Shown here: piece after piece, positions 17,108-26,213 of the stretch
Layout: the number at the start of each line of letters is the position of its first letter
Numbering within the stretch: position 1 is the first letter of the stretch
Assembly (NCBI GenBank): GCA_900540395.1
Contig: UQFQ01000001.1
Coordinates: forward strand, 21,809-85,808
DNA from: an uncultured Mollicutes bacterium
Lineage (GTDB): Bacteria > Bacillota_I > Bacilli_A > RFN20 > CAG-826
DNA length: 64,000 nt
Reading direction: 5' to 3'
Translations under genes and position numbers: made by a program
The notes under the pieces: model-generated
Databases searched by the model: none
Told to the model about the DNA's origin: nothing
Seen by the model: only the letters and a program-made list of their open reading frames with translations

Positions 17108-19132
17108 ATGGAAAATAAAGAAGTAGTTTTATCTGTTAAAGATCTAGCCGTTTCCTTTAAAACGGATAGAGGTATAGTTCACGCTGTTAGAGGCGTATCT
17201 TTTGACCTTTATAAAGGCGAAACTTTATGTATTGTTGGTGAATCAGGTAGCGGAAAATCCGTTACTAATAAAGCAATCATGGGGATAAGTGCAGCAAATG
17301 CAATTATTGAAAATGGATCCATAATGTATAAAGGTGAAGATTTAATCAGAGTCTCTGAAGAAGAATTTCATCGAATTAGAGGTCATGAAATTGGAATGAT
17401 TTTCCAAGATCCTTTAAGTGCGCTTAATCCTGTTATGAGAATAGGTAAACAAATCACTGAAGCGATGTTAATTAATAAAAATATTTTAAAAAGATATTAT
17501 CAAAATTTAATTATCAAAGAATTAACCGCTTTAAGAAATGTTGAAGCTAATGCTAATTTTGAAATTAGCGAAGCTGAAAATGAAATTGCTCAAAATAATG
17601 AAACAATTAAAAAACTCGACGCAATCATTAAAAACCATAATTCTTTATCTTCAAAGAGTGAAAAGAATGAAAAGGATGTAAAAAAACTTGAAAATCTAAG
17701 CGAAGAATTTAATAAAGCTCAAGAAGATTTTACAAATTACATCAACATGGTAAATACTAGTTTAACTAGTAAAATTGAAAAGTGTAATGATGTTATAGCT
17801 TCTAGTGATAAAAAAGTTGCTGAAGCAACTACCAATCTTAAAAAAGAGATTAGATTAAATCGAAAGAAAAGATATGAAAAACTTCTTGAGTTTTATAAAA
17901 ATATTGAAGGGAAATATAGTGCTGATTTTTCAAAATATAAAGAAACCCTTCAAACAAGAAATTCAGATTTAAAAGTTTTAATTAAAATAACTAAAGCTAA
18001 TCTTAAATTTTCTTTGCCTGCTTTGAAAAAGGATTTTGCTTTAAGAAAGAAAGAAGCTAAAAAAGAAACTAAGCTCCATAAAGAGGAATTAGCTAACATT
18101 CATAAAGCTAATCTTTCTAAATTAAATGAAGATTTAGATAAAAAAACCCGCAAAATTGAGGAATTTATTGGAAATTTAAGTGAAGCTGACCGCGAAAATG
18201 TTTTTAGAGTTTTAAAAGAAAACGAAAAGAAAACAAAAATTAAGAAAAAATTAGAAGGCAAAAATAGAGATATTAATATTTCTAAACTTTCTAAAGATAA
18301 TAGTCTAGATTTAGAAAAAATTCCTTTTGATGAACTTGCTAAATTATATGAAGAAGTAGACAAGATTAAAAAAGATATTAGTCTTGAAAATGAGAATTAT
18401 ATCAAGCAAACCAAAATTACTAGAGCTGAAGCGAAAAAAGAAGCTTTAAAAGTAATGAAAGAAGTTGGCATACCTCTCCCTGAACGAAGATTTAGACAAT
18501 ATCCATTTGAGTTTTCAGGTGGTATGAGACAAAGAATTGTTATTGCAATCGCTTTAACTGCTAACCCAGATATATTGATTTGCGATGAACCTACAACAGC
18601 ACTTGATGTTACAATTCAAGCGCAAATTCTTGAACTTATTAACAAACTTAAAAAAGAGAGAAATCTATCTTGTATTTTTATTACGCACGACTTAGGTGTT
18701 GTCGCTAATATGGCAGATAGAGTTGCTGTTATGTATGCTGGTAAAATTGTCGAATACGGAACAGCTAGAGAAGTATTCTTCGATCCTAAACATCCTTATA
18801 CTTGGGCACTTTTATCATCTATTCCTGATGTAGATTCAAAAGAAAAACTAGAAGCAATTCCTGGAACACCTCCAGACATGCTTTTCCCACCAAAAGGTGA
18901 TGCTTTTGCTTTAAGAAGTAAGTATGCTATGGCAGTTGACTTCAAATATGAACCACCATTTTTTAAAGTGACTGACACACATTATGCTGCAACTTGGCTA
19001 CTTTATCCTGATGCGGCAAAAGTTGAAATGCCTCAAATCGTAAAAACAAGAATCGCTAATTCCTTAAAAGCGGAACGAGAAAGAATCGAAAAAGCTAAAT
19101 TAGAGGAGGTAAAAGAAGATGTTGTTCAATAA
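17108..19132 (+). CDS. oppD: Oligopeptide ABC transporter ATPase OppD with ~300-aa Lys/Glu-rich insertion
   Basis: GESGSGKS, Q-loop MIFQDP, FSGGMRQR, DEPTTALD, HPYTWALL. The charged insert lies between LINKNILKR and the signature motif. Confidence 0.9.
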   Translation: MENKEVVLSVKDLAVSFKTDRGIVHAVRGVSFDLYKGETLCIVGESGSGKSVTNKAIMGISAANAIIENGSIMYKGEDLIRVSEEEFHRIRGHEIGMIFQDPLSALNPVMRIGKQITEAMLINKNILKRYYQNLIIKELTALRNVEANANFEISEAENEIAQNNETIKKLDAIIKNHNSLSSKSEKNEKDVKKLENLSEEFNKAQEDFTNYINMVNTSLTSKIEKCNDVIASSDKKVAEATTNLKKEIRLNRKKRYEKLLEFYKNIEGKYSADFSKYKETLQTRNSDLKVLIKITKANLKFSLPALKKDFALRKKEAKKETKLHKEELANIHKANLSKLNEDLDKKTRKIEEFIGNLSEADRENVFRVLKENEKKTKIKKKLEGKNRDINISKLSKDNSLDLEKIPFDELAKLYEEVDKIKKDISLENENYIKQTKITRAEAKKEALKVMKEVGIPLPERRFRQYPFEFSGGMRQRIVIAIALTANPDILICDEPTTALDVTIQAQILELINKLKKERNLSCIFITHDLGVVANMADRVAVMYAGKIVEYGTAREVFFDPKHPYTWALLSSIPDVDSKEKLEAIPGTPPDMLFPPKGDAFALRSKYAMAVDFKYEPPFFKVTDTHYAATWLLYPDAAKVEMPQIVKTRIANSLKAERERIEKAKLEEVKEDVVQ

Positions 19133-21236
19133 AAAAACAAAAAAAGAAATTGACGAAGAAATTTTAGAATCTTCAAAAAAACAACTTATCAAAACCTCTT
19201 TAGAAGCTTATCAGGATTCTCAGGAAACAAATTTTAATATTGAACAAGGTGATGATGAAAAATCAGAGCATCCTGTTGCAGTTGATCTTTTAAAAGATAG
19301 TAAAAATGAAGAAGAAACGCTTTCTCGAATTCGTAATTCTTGTAAATTTAAGCAAGAGTATGTAGACAACAAAATTATTTTGTCTGTCAATCACTTAAAA
19401 CAATACTTCTTTTTTGGCAGTGGTCCTAATAGATACAAATTAAAAGCGGTTCACGATGTTTCATTTCAAATTAAGGAAGGCGAATGCTTTGGTATAGTTG
19501 GTGAATCTGGATGCGGTAAAACCACAACTGGACGTTCAATTATGCGTTTATATAATATCACTTCGGGCTCTATTTACTATAAAGGATACCGTATAGCTGC
19601 TGGTTCTAGATGGAACGAAAAAGAAATAAAATATACTAAGATTCGTTTGCACAATAAACTTTCAGAGCTAAAAAAAGCATTAAAAAGTGGCGAAATAACT
19701 TCTGAAGAATACAAGAAAGAAGTTGCTCAAGCTAAACAATATGCTTCTAATATTTGCAAAGTTCAAAGAGCAAAAATTAAACAAATTAAGCACGATGATA
19801 AGCATGCAGGTGAAACTGGCATCAATTTAAATGAGTCCTTGAAACCATATCGTGAAGCTTTAAGTAAAGAAAACGATGGTTTTAATAACTTTAAATTAGA
19901 TTTAGATAAAAAGCTTAGTGAACATCAAATTGATCAAAACGGGTATGATTCCTGCTTTAAAGAAGAAGAGAGCAAACATAAAACCAAAGTTTATGAAATC
20001 AATAAAAAGATAGAAGACGTCAAGAATCAAGCAAAGCACAATTTGATGAGAGAAATTCAAATGATTTTCCAAGATCCTATTGATTCGCTTGACCCAAGAA
20101 TGACTGTTGAATCAATTATTTCTGAAGGCTTACAAATCCAAGATTATCATAACAAAGCTGAAAACCATAAAAAAGTTGTTGCTGCTTTAGAAAGAGTTGG
20201 TCTTATTGAAGATTATGCTAGCCGTTATCCACATGAATTTTCAGGTGGTCAAAGACAAAGAATTGGTATCGCACGTGCTTTAGTAATGAATCCAAAATTA
20301 CTTATTTGTGATGAACCAATTTCTGCGCTTGATGTTTCAATTAGAGCACAAATTATTAATCTTTTAAATGATTTGAAGAACGAAATGAATCTTTCGATGC
20401 TTTTTATCGCTCATGATCTCTCGGTAGTTAAATATTTCTGCGATAGAATAGCTGTTATGTATTTTGGAGAAATAGTAGAGTTAGCAACAAGTGAAGAATT
20501 ATTCAAGCATCCTTTACATCCATATACAAAATCACTTTTAAGTGCTATTCCTAAACCTGATCCAGTAGCAGAAAAAAATCGTATAAGAATTATTTATAAT
20601 CCTAGCGAAGTTCACGATTATAGTGTCGATAAACCAAGCTTTGTTGAAATTAGACCAGGGCACTTTGTACTTGCAAATAAAGCGGAAATTGAAAAATACA
20701 ATGAAGAAATGGATCAAATTGACGCTAAACTTGCTAAGGGTGAAGAAGTTTCAACAAGCGATATTTTAAAAGAAGAAGAACAAGTTCAAGAAAAAATCGC
20801 CGATGAAAAACTTTCTGAAAATAACGACCAAGCTTTAATGAATGAACCTCAAAAGGATGCTACTCTTTCTAATGAAAGCGAAGAAGAAAGAGCAGAAGTT
20901 ACTCATGAGCCTGCTCAAAATGAAGTTGAAGAAGTAAAAACTGATGAAACTGAAACAGTAAAAAGCATCGCAACAAATGAAGTAACGCAATCTGACAAAA
21001 AAGAACCTTCTGAAATTCTTTTAAAGCAAAGAAGAGGAGAAATTAAGAAGGTTTACCATGTTAAGAAAGTTGATGGAAAATGGGAGATCATTCTTAAGGA
21101 TGGTCTTAAAGTAATTAAAACCTTTGATACCAAAAAAGAAGCTGTTGAATATGCTAACAATCTAGCAAAATCTCAAAATGGAACAGTCTTAGTTCATGCT
21201 TCGAAAGGCAAAAATAAAGGAAAGTTTATTAAATAA
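19119..21236 (+). CDS. oppF: Oligopeptide ABC transporter ATPase OppF with charged insertion and C-terminal DUF2188-like domain
   Basis: GAGGAGG RBS, ATG 19119 overlapping the oppD-2 end. GESGCGKTT, FSGGQRQR, DEPISALD, HPLHPYTKSLL. Tail VYHVKKVDGKWEIILKDGLKVIKTFDTKKEAVEYANNLAKSQNGTVLVH. Confidence 0.9.
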   Translation: MLFNKKTKKEIDEEILESSKKQLIKTSLEAYQDSQETNFNIEQGDDEKSEHPVAVDLLKDSKNEEETLSRIRNSCKFKQEYVDNKIILSVNHLKQYFFFGSGPNRYKLKAVHDVSFQIKEGECFGIVGESGCGKTTTGRSIMRLYNITSGSIYYKGYRIAAGSRWNEKEIKYTKIRLHNKLSELKKALKSGEITSEEYKKEVAQAKQYASNICKVQRAKIKQIKHDDKHAGETGINLNESLKPYREALSKENDGFNNFKLDLDKKLSEHQIDQNGYDSCFKEEESKHKTKVYEINKKIEDVKNQAKHNLMREIQMIFQDPIDSLDPRMTVESIISEGLQIQDYHNKAENHKKVVAALERVGLIEDYASRYPHEFSGGQRQRIGIARALVMNPKLLICDEPISALDVSIRAQIINLLNDLKNEMNLSMLFIAHDLSVVKYFCDRIAVMYFGEIVELATSEELFKHPLHPYTKSLLSAIPKPDPVAEKNRIRIIYNPSEVHDYSVDKPSFVEIRPGHFVLANKAEIEKYNEEMDQIDAKLAKGEEVSTSDILKEEEQVQEKIADEKLSENNDQALMNEPQKDATLSNESEEERAEVTHEPAQNEVEEVKTDETETVKSIATNEVTQSDKKEPSEILLKQRRGEIKKVYHVKKVDGKWEIILKDGLKVIKTFDTKKEAVEYANNLAKSQNGTVLVHASKGKNKGKFIK

Positions 21237-21286
21237 ATTCATTCAATTCATTAAATCAAAATATTAAACAAGGAATGCTTTTATTA

Positions 21287-21317
21287 AAATCCCTGCAAAA
21301 CACAGGGATTTTTTTAG
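21287..21317. terminator. Bidirectional terminator between convergent oppF-2 and the lipoprotein operon
   Basis: AAATCCCTG...CAGGGATTT stem with an A-run upstream and a T-run downstream. Confidence 0.7.
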
Positions 21318-21377
21318 AGGTTATATAACAACAAGTAGTAAAAATGAATTTAATTTGAAAATAGTGTAGTTAATTAT

Positions 21378-23132
21378 TTAATTAACACTAAGTGCACCAT
21401 CTGAACAAATGACTTCGCTATTTGTTAAAGTAGTGTCTTCATGCCAACTTCCTAATTCTCCATGAAGGTTTATTTTCTTAAATTCTTCCATTGTGCCAGC
21501 ATAATATAAAGTTAAAGAAGGCTTTTCATCCAATTCTGAATACATGACTCTGAATGCAGAGTTAATATCTGTAATTGAAGTTGGTAAGTAAATTTCTAAA
21601 ACATTATTTTGATAAGCAAAAGAATCTACGTCAATATATGTTGTACCATCAATTATGTGATATTCCGTGCTTATTTTACCAAATGGATAACAAAGCAATC
21701 TTTTTTCAGCACCTTTTGTATATAATACACCATCAATAACTTCAAAATTAGGATTATTAGAGTCAACTTTGAAGTTATCTCCATATCCTAGTCTTGTTAT
21801 ACCAGAAAAAGGATTATAACCAATTGTAGTTAAACTTGCTGGTAAAGAAATGGATGTAATGTTGTTAGCTCTAGAGAAAGCGAAATTGCCAATTGTTTCT
21901 AGACCTTCATTAAATTGAGCATTTACAAGATATGAACAAAGTTCAAAAGCGCCAGCATCTATAGTTTTTAAACTATTAGGAAAATCTAAACTTGTAACAG
22001 AAGTGGAAATAAAGGATTGCTCGCCAATAATTTCTAAGCCTTCACTAAAGTTCACAGTTTCTAAACTTCTACAAAAATAAAAGGAATATAAAGGGATTTC
22101 TTTTAAACTAGAAGGAAAAGTAATTGATTCAATTGAACTTTGATAAAATGCTCCAACGCCTAAATGAGTTAAAGATTCATCTAAAACTACATTTTTAATA
22201 GCATGAATATTTCTAAAAGCATAATCTCCAATTGATTCTAAAGTAGAAGGAAAATTGATTGTTGATAAGTTTGTTGCATCTGTAAATGCATAATCTCCAA
22301 TACTTTTTAATCCTTCAGGAAGAGTAACACTAGTTGTATTTAAACAATCGTTAAATGCATAATCAAGAATCTCTATAGTGCCTTCTTGAACACTAACAGC
22401 TCTATCTTTATAAGCGATAGGCATTTTAACTAAACTTGTTTCATCGTAAGTATATAAAATACCATCAAGGCTTTTAAAAGAAATATTTTCTTCATCAACA
22501 ATAAACTCTTGTAATGAACGCATTCCATTAAAAGCTTGTGAATCGATTGTTGAAACATTTTTACCTATTTTTAAGTCGGCAATGTCTTGATTAGAAAATA
22601 CTGAACTGTTTATAGTGGTTACTTTATAAGTCTTGCCATCGATAGTTGCTTCATCTGGAATAATAACTGGATTTGGCATAGTTGATAATGAATTTTCAAA
22701 ATCAGTAATTGCAACTTCACTATCATTTAAAATCTCATAAGAAAAATCGGTTTCATTAGTCGTTACTTCTGTAAAGTTAACGGTTAGAACATTTTCTCCT
22801 TCTTGAACAGTGAAAGTGTATGTTGTGCCGTTTCTTGCTAAGATAATATCGTTTAACAATACATTTGAAAGAATATAGCCGCTATTAGGCTGAATCACAA
22901 GCGTAATGACATCGCCCGTTTCAACATTTTCAGAAAAATTTTCAGGAGTAATTTCAACGCCATTAAGATAGGCTTTTACGCTACCTTCACCGACTATCTT
23001 TATTTGAAAAGATAGTTCGGTTTGGTTGCTGTTTGGATCATCAATTGGTGGATTTGGGTCAACTGGATTACTACAAGAAGAAAGAATGAATGTTGATGAA
23101 AGAAGGGCTATTAAAAGAAACCTTTTTTTCAT
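21378..23132 (-). CDS. Surface lipoprotein with one Ig-like B-repeat and BspA-type leucine-rich repeats
   Basis: Lipobox ILSSCSN. Repeated units of the type IGDYAF..ATNLSTINFPSTLESIGDYAFRN (LRR_5/BspA-like). Confidence 0.75.
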   Translation of the reverse strand: MKKRFLLIALLSSTFILSSCSNPVDPNPPIDDPNSNQTELSFQIKIVGEGSVKAYLNGVEITPENFSENVETGDVITLVIQPNSGYILSNVLLNDIILARNGTTYTFTVQEGENVLTVNFTEVTTNETDFSYEILNDSEVAITDFENSLSTMPNPVIIPDEATIDGKTYKVTTINSSVFSNQDIADLKIGKNVSTIDSQAFNGMRSLQEFIVDEENISFKSLDGILYTYDETSLVKMPIAYKDRAVSVQEGTIEILDYAFNDCLNTTSVTLPEGLKSIGDYAFTDATNLSTINFPSTLESIGDYAFRNIHAIKNVVLDESLTHLGVGAFYQSSIESITFPSSLKEIPLYSFYFCRSLETVNFSEGLEIIGEQSFISTSVTSLDFPNSLKTIDAGAFELCSYLVNAQFNEGLETIGNFAFSRANNITSISLPASLTTIGYNPFSGITRLGYGDNFKVDSNNPNFEVIDGVLYTKGAEKRLLCYPFGKISTEYHIIDGTTYIDVDSFAYQNNVLEIYLPTSITDINSAFRVMYSELDEKPSLTLYYAGTMEEFKKINLHGELGSWHEDTTLTNSEVICSDGALSVN

Positions 23133-23134
23133 AA

Positions 23135-24661
23135 TTAAGCAATAATTCCTTCAAGAGCGGTTGTACCAACATCACTATAAGTAAGTGTGTAGCTACCTGT
23201 ATACATAAGTCCATCTAATGAATCATTGAAATCGTAGTAAGCAGTAATGCTTTCTAAATTACCATCAGCATCAAGCTTGACTTGATATTCATAGATAGAA
23301 TCTTGTTTTGTATTAAAATATGGAGCATATCTTAAAAGGAAACAATCTGTTAATGAACTCACTTGATCTTCTTTTGAAATATAGACATCATCCTCACTAT
23401 TGTAATCAAAGAATGTTCCAGAAACTTCACTTAAAATTGGAAGATAGTCTTCATATAAATAGTCACCACAGAAACCAGAAGCATAAGCGATTGAACCATC
23501 ATCTAAGTAAAATCCACCTTTTCTCATGGTATAAGTTTGACTTTCTTCATCATAAGCATATGGATAAAGATGCATATCTCCAGTTGTTTCACTATCAGTA
23601 GCTGGAGCTAAATAGTAATCACGTTCTTTATTAATATCAGAGGTTTCACCTTCTTGAACTTCATGGTAATAAAGTTCATCTCCTGTGAAATAATAGTGAC
23701 TTTCACTTGAACCTCTACCTGTTGAACCATCAATTGAACTTAATGTGGTATAAGAATCACTAATTTTTAATGTGTAAGAAGTGTCTGCAAATTTATCAAA
23801 AGCTGTATCAATCTTTTTAGAATTTTCACTTTCTTCATAAGCGGTTAAATGCTCAATAGGTTTTGTACCTAAATTAGAGAATGTGAATGTAGCCGAATTC
23901 GTGATTAAAGAGTAATCAAGAGTGGTGTTATCAAGAGAGACAATAGGGCTTAATTTAAAATTAAACTGCGTAAAAACGCCATTATCTACACGAATATAAG
24001 CTTCAGTTGGTAAAGCTGTCGCTCCCGAATTCAAAGAATAAAGAAGGGTTGAAGCCATTAAGCCAGCTTTATCAATATTGAGGTTATATCTTGTAAAAGC
24101 GGTTGTTGATTCATCAAGAGTAGAATCATCTTCAATAAGTAAACCAAAGATGTTGTTAAAGCCATTATCTCCGAAAGTTAAACCACCTTTAGTAGAAGCC
24201 ATTGATGAATCATAGTCTCTTTCAACAACATTTCTATAATCAATTATTTCTTCATAAGCATAACCATCTTCATCTTCAAAGTAAGTATATGGGCCTTCAG
24301 CAGCAATTGTCATTCCGCTGATTTCTCTATAAGAATATTTATAGAAGGCTTTTTCGTCCCCTCCATTATAGGCAACATCAGTTTGATAAATGTTTGTATC
24401 AATTGGATCGCCTTCAATAACTAAATTGCCCTCGTTATCAACATTATATTCATAACGTTCTTGAGTGATATTACCGTGCATTGAAAAACCAGATAAAAGG
24501 TCTTCCATGTTTTCTTTTAAAACTTCATCTTCATAAGCTTCGACTTCGTTCTCAGTTGTAGTATCTCCATTTTGATTATCATCGTTAACATTAGGAGTAG
24601 AAGCACAACTTGCTAAACCGCTAAGAGCTAAAAGTGAAACTAATAATAAACTTTTTTTCAT
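23135..24661 (-). CDS. Lipoprotein of unknown function (paralog of the next gene)
   Basis: Lipobox GLASCAS. No family recognised. Shares N-terminal (MEDLLSGFSMHG) and C-terminal (TLTYSDVGTT) landmarks with the gene at 24676-26169. Confidence 0.6.
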   Translation of the reverse strand: MKKSLLLVSLLALSGLASCASTPNVNDDNQNGDTTTENEVEAYEDEVLKENMEDLLSGFSMHGNITQERYEYNVDNEGNLVIEGDPIDTNIYQTDVAYNGGDEKAFYKYSYREISGMTIAAEGPYTYFEDEDGYAYEEIIDYRNVVERDYDSSMASTKGGLTFGDNGFNNIFGLLIEDDSTLDESTTAFTRYNLNIDKAGLMASTLLYSLNSGATALPTEAYIRVDNGVFTQFNFKLSPIVSLDNTTLDYSLITNSATFTFSNLGTKPIEHLTAYEESENSKKIDTAFDKFADTSYTLKISDSYTTLSSIDGSTGRGSSESHYYFTGDELYYHEVQEGETSDINKERDYYLAPATDSETTGDMHLYPYAYDEESQTYTMRKGGFYLDDGSIAYASGFCGDYLYEDYLPILSEVSGTFFDYNSEDDVYISKEDQVSSLTDCFLLRYAPYFNTKQDSIYEYQVKLDADGNLESITAYYDFNDSLDGLMYTGSYTLTYSDVGTTALEGIIA

Positions 24662-24675
24662 AAATCGTTTTCTCC

Positions 24676-26169
24676 TTATTCAGCAATAACAATATCAAAT
24701 GGGGTCTTTGAACTACCTAAATCTGAGAAGGTAATTTCAAATAAACCAGAATAACCAACGTGGTCTTCATAATTTACTTCGATTCGGTCAATACAAGTTT
24801 CATCATCATTGACATAAATTTTTACACTTGTAACATAACCACTATCGATTGGAGTAAATGTATCGAAAGTAGACATGAAAATATCTCTAATGATATATGG
24901 TAAGTTATCATTAGTTGGAGAATATGAACCATCTTCATTCATATTGAAAATATTTGCATCAAGATAAGAGAAGTCGAAGCAACCTTCTTTATAGTAGAAC
25001 GTATTATCGAGGTGGGAGAATCCAAATCCACCTTGGGTGAATTCACCTGTTGTTCCATTAACAGTATAAATTCTCATTCTTTTATTGGTGTCTTCAATTC
25101 TTAAGAAGAAATCATCTGCAGTAGGTTGAGTTGGAGTTTCATAAGCTTGTTCTGGTGGCAAGGTATAGGATTGAGAATAAATACCGCCTCCTACTTGTCC
25201 TCCAAGTTGATAAATTGTTAAATATGTATCTTCACCAACATATTCTCCATCAATATAAGGAACGATACGATGGGTTATTGTGATTTTATCGCTGGCTTTC
25301 ATACTAGCAAGAGCGTTTTTAAGTGGTTCGTTTTCGGCTTTATCCTCTTTTTCTTTAATTAAATCAGAAGCGTTAGCTTTTCCAATTTCACTAAAGTCCA
25401 TATCAATCTTATAGTTATAACGAATGTATGTTTGATGAAATCGATCTTGTTCGGTTGCTACAGTAGAACTGAGTTTAGAATCCATATTATTTGAAACAAA
25501 ACTTGCACTATTTAATGTTGACTCAGTGAAATTGAATAAACGAGTAGAATAAGTAATATTATCTTGATAGCCTTCAAGAAGGGAGAACATTCCTTCAAAA
25601 ATGATGTTGGTCTTTTCATTTGTTAATTCAAAACCATCACTAGTTTGTGTTAAATCATTTCTTTGAATAAGTCTAAATGGATTGATTAAACTATTTGAAC
25701 CATAAGGAATTAATTCTTCATTCGTATCAACAGCTAAACCAGTAACAACAGTGTTATCATAATCAAGATATTTTAAAGCAGCATAGCCATTATAGTTAAA
25801 GGCGTTTTCGCCCATAATATAGCCATCATATTCTTGACCGTTTGTGTCGGTTAAAACTTCATAGTATCTTCTATCTAAACCTGTATAGTCATTATTGTCT
25901 TGGTAGGTTAAATCAAATTTATAAGTAGTGACTTTGGTTTGAAGATCTGTATCAGGAATTTGATAGTTTGAATCAACAAAATAACTTTCAGTGATTTTAA
26001 AAGTACCTGTTGTTTTAAATCCTTTTCTTAAATCTTCTAAAACACTATTTATAGAAATAGGTGTAATAGGAGTTTCTGGATTGTCTGGTGTATCAGGCGT
26101 TATGCCGCCACAACTTGTTGCTGTGGCGACTAAACTAAGTGCTAATAATGAAATATATTTTCTTTTCAT
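24676..26169 (-). CDS. Lipoprotein of unknown function (paralog of the previous gene)
   Basis: Lipobox ATSCGG. LEDLRKGFKTTG and EITFSDLGSS landmarks. Similar length (497 versus 508 aa). Confidence 0.6.
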   Translation of the reverse strand: MKRKYISLLALSLVATATSCGGITPDTPDNPETPITPISINSVLEDLRKGFKTTGTFKITESYFVDSNYQIPDTDLQTKVTTYKFDLTYQDNNDYTGLDRRYYEVLTDTNGQEYDGYIMGENAFNYNGYAALKYLDYDNTVVTGLAVDTNEELIPYGSNSLINPFRLIQRNDLTQTSDGFELTNEKTNIIFEGMFSLLEGYQDNITYSTRLFNFTESTLNSASFVSNNMDSKLSSTVATEQDRFHQTYIRYNYKIDMDFSEIGKANASDLIKEKEDKAENEPLKNALASMKASDKITITHRIVPYIDGEYVGEDTYLTIYQLGGQVGGGIYSQSYTLPPEQAYETPTQPTADDFFLRIEDTNKRMRIYTVNGTTGEFTQGGFGFSHLDNTFYYKEGCFDFSYLDANIFNMNEDGSYSPTNDNLPYIIRDIFMSTFDTFTPIDSGYVTSVKIYVNDDETCIDRIEVNYEDHVGYSGLFEITFSDLGSSKTPFDIVIAE

Positions 26170-26213
26170 AATACTTCCTTTCTATTTAAAAACATCGCAA
26201 ATCTCAATTATTT

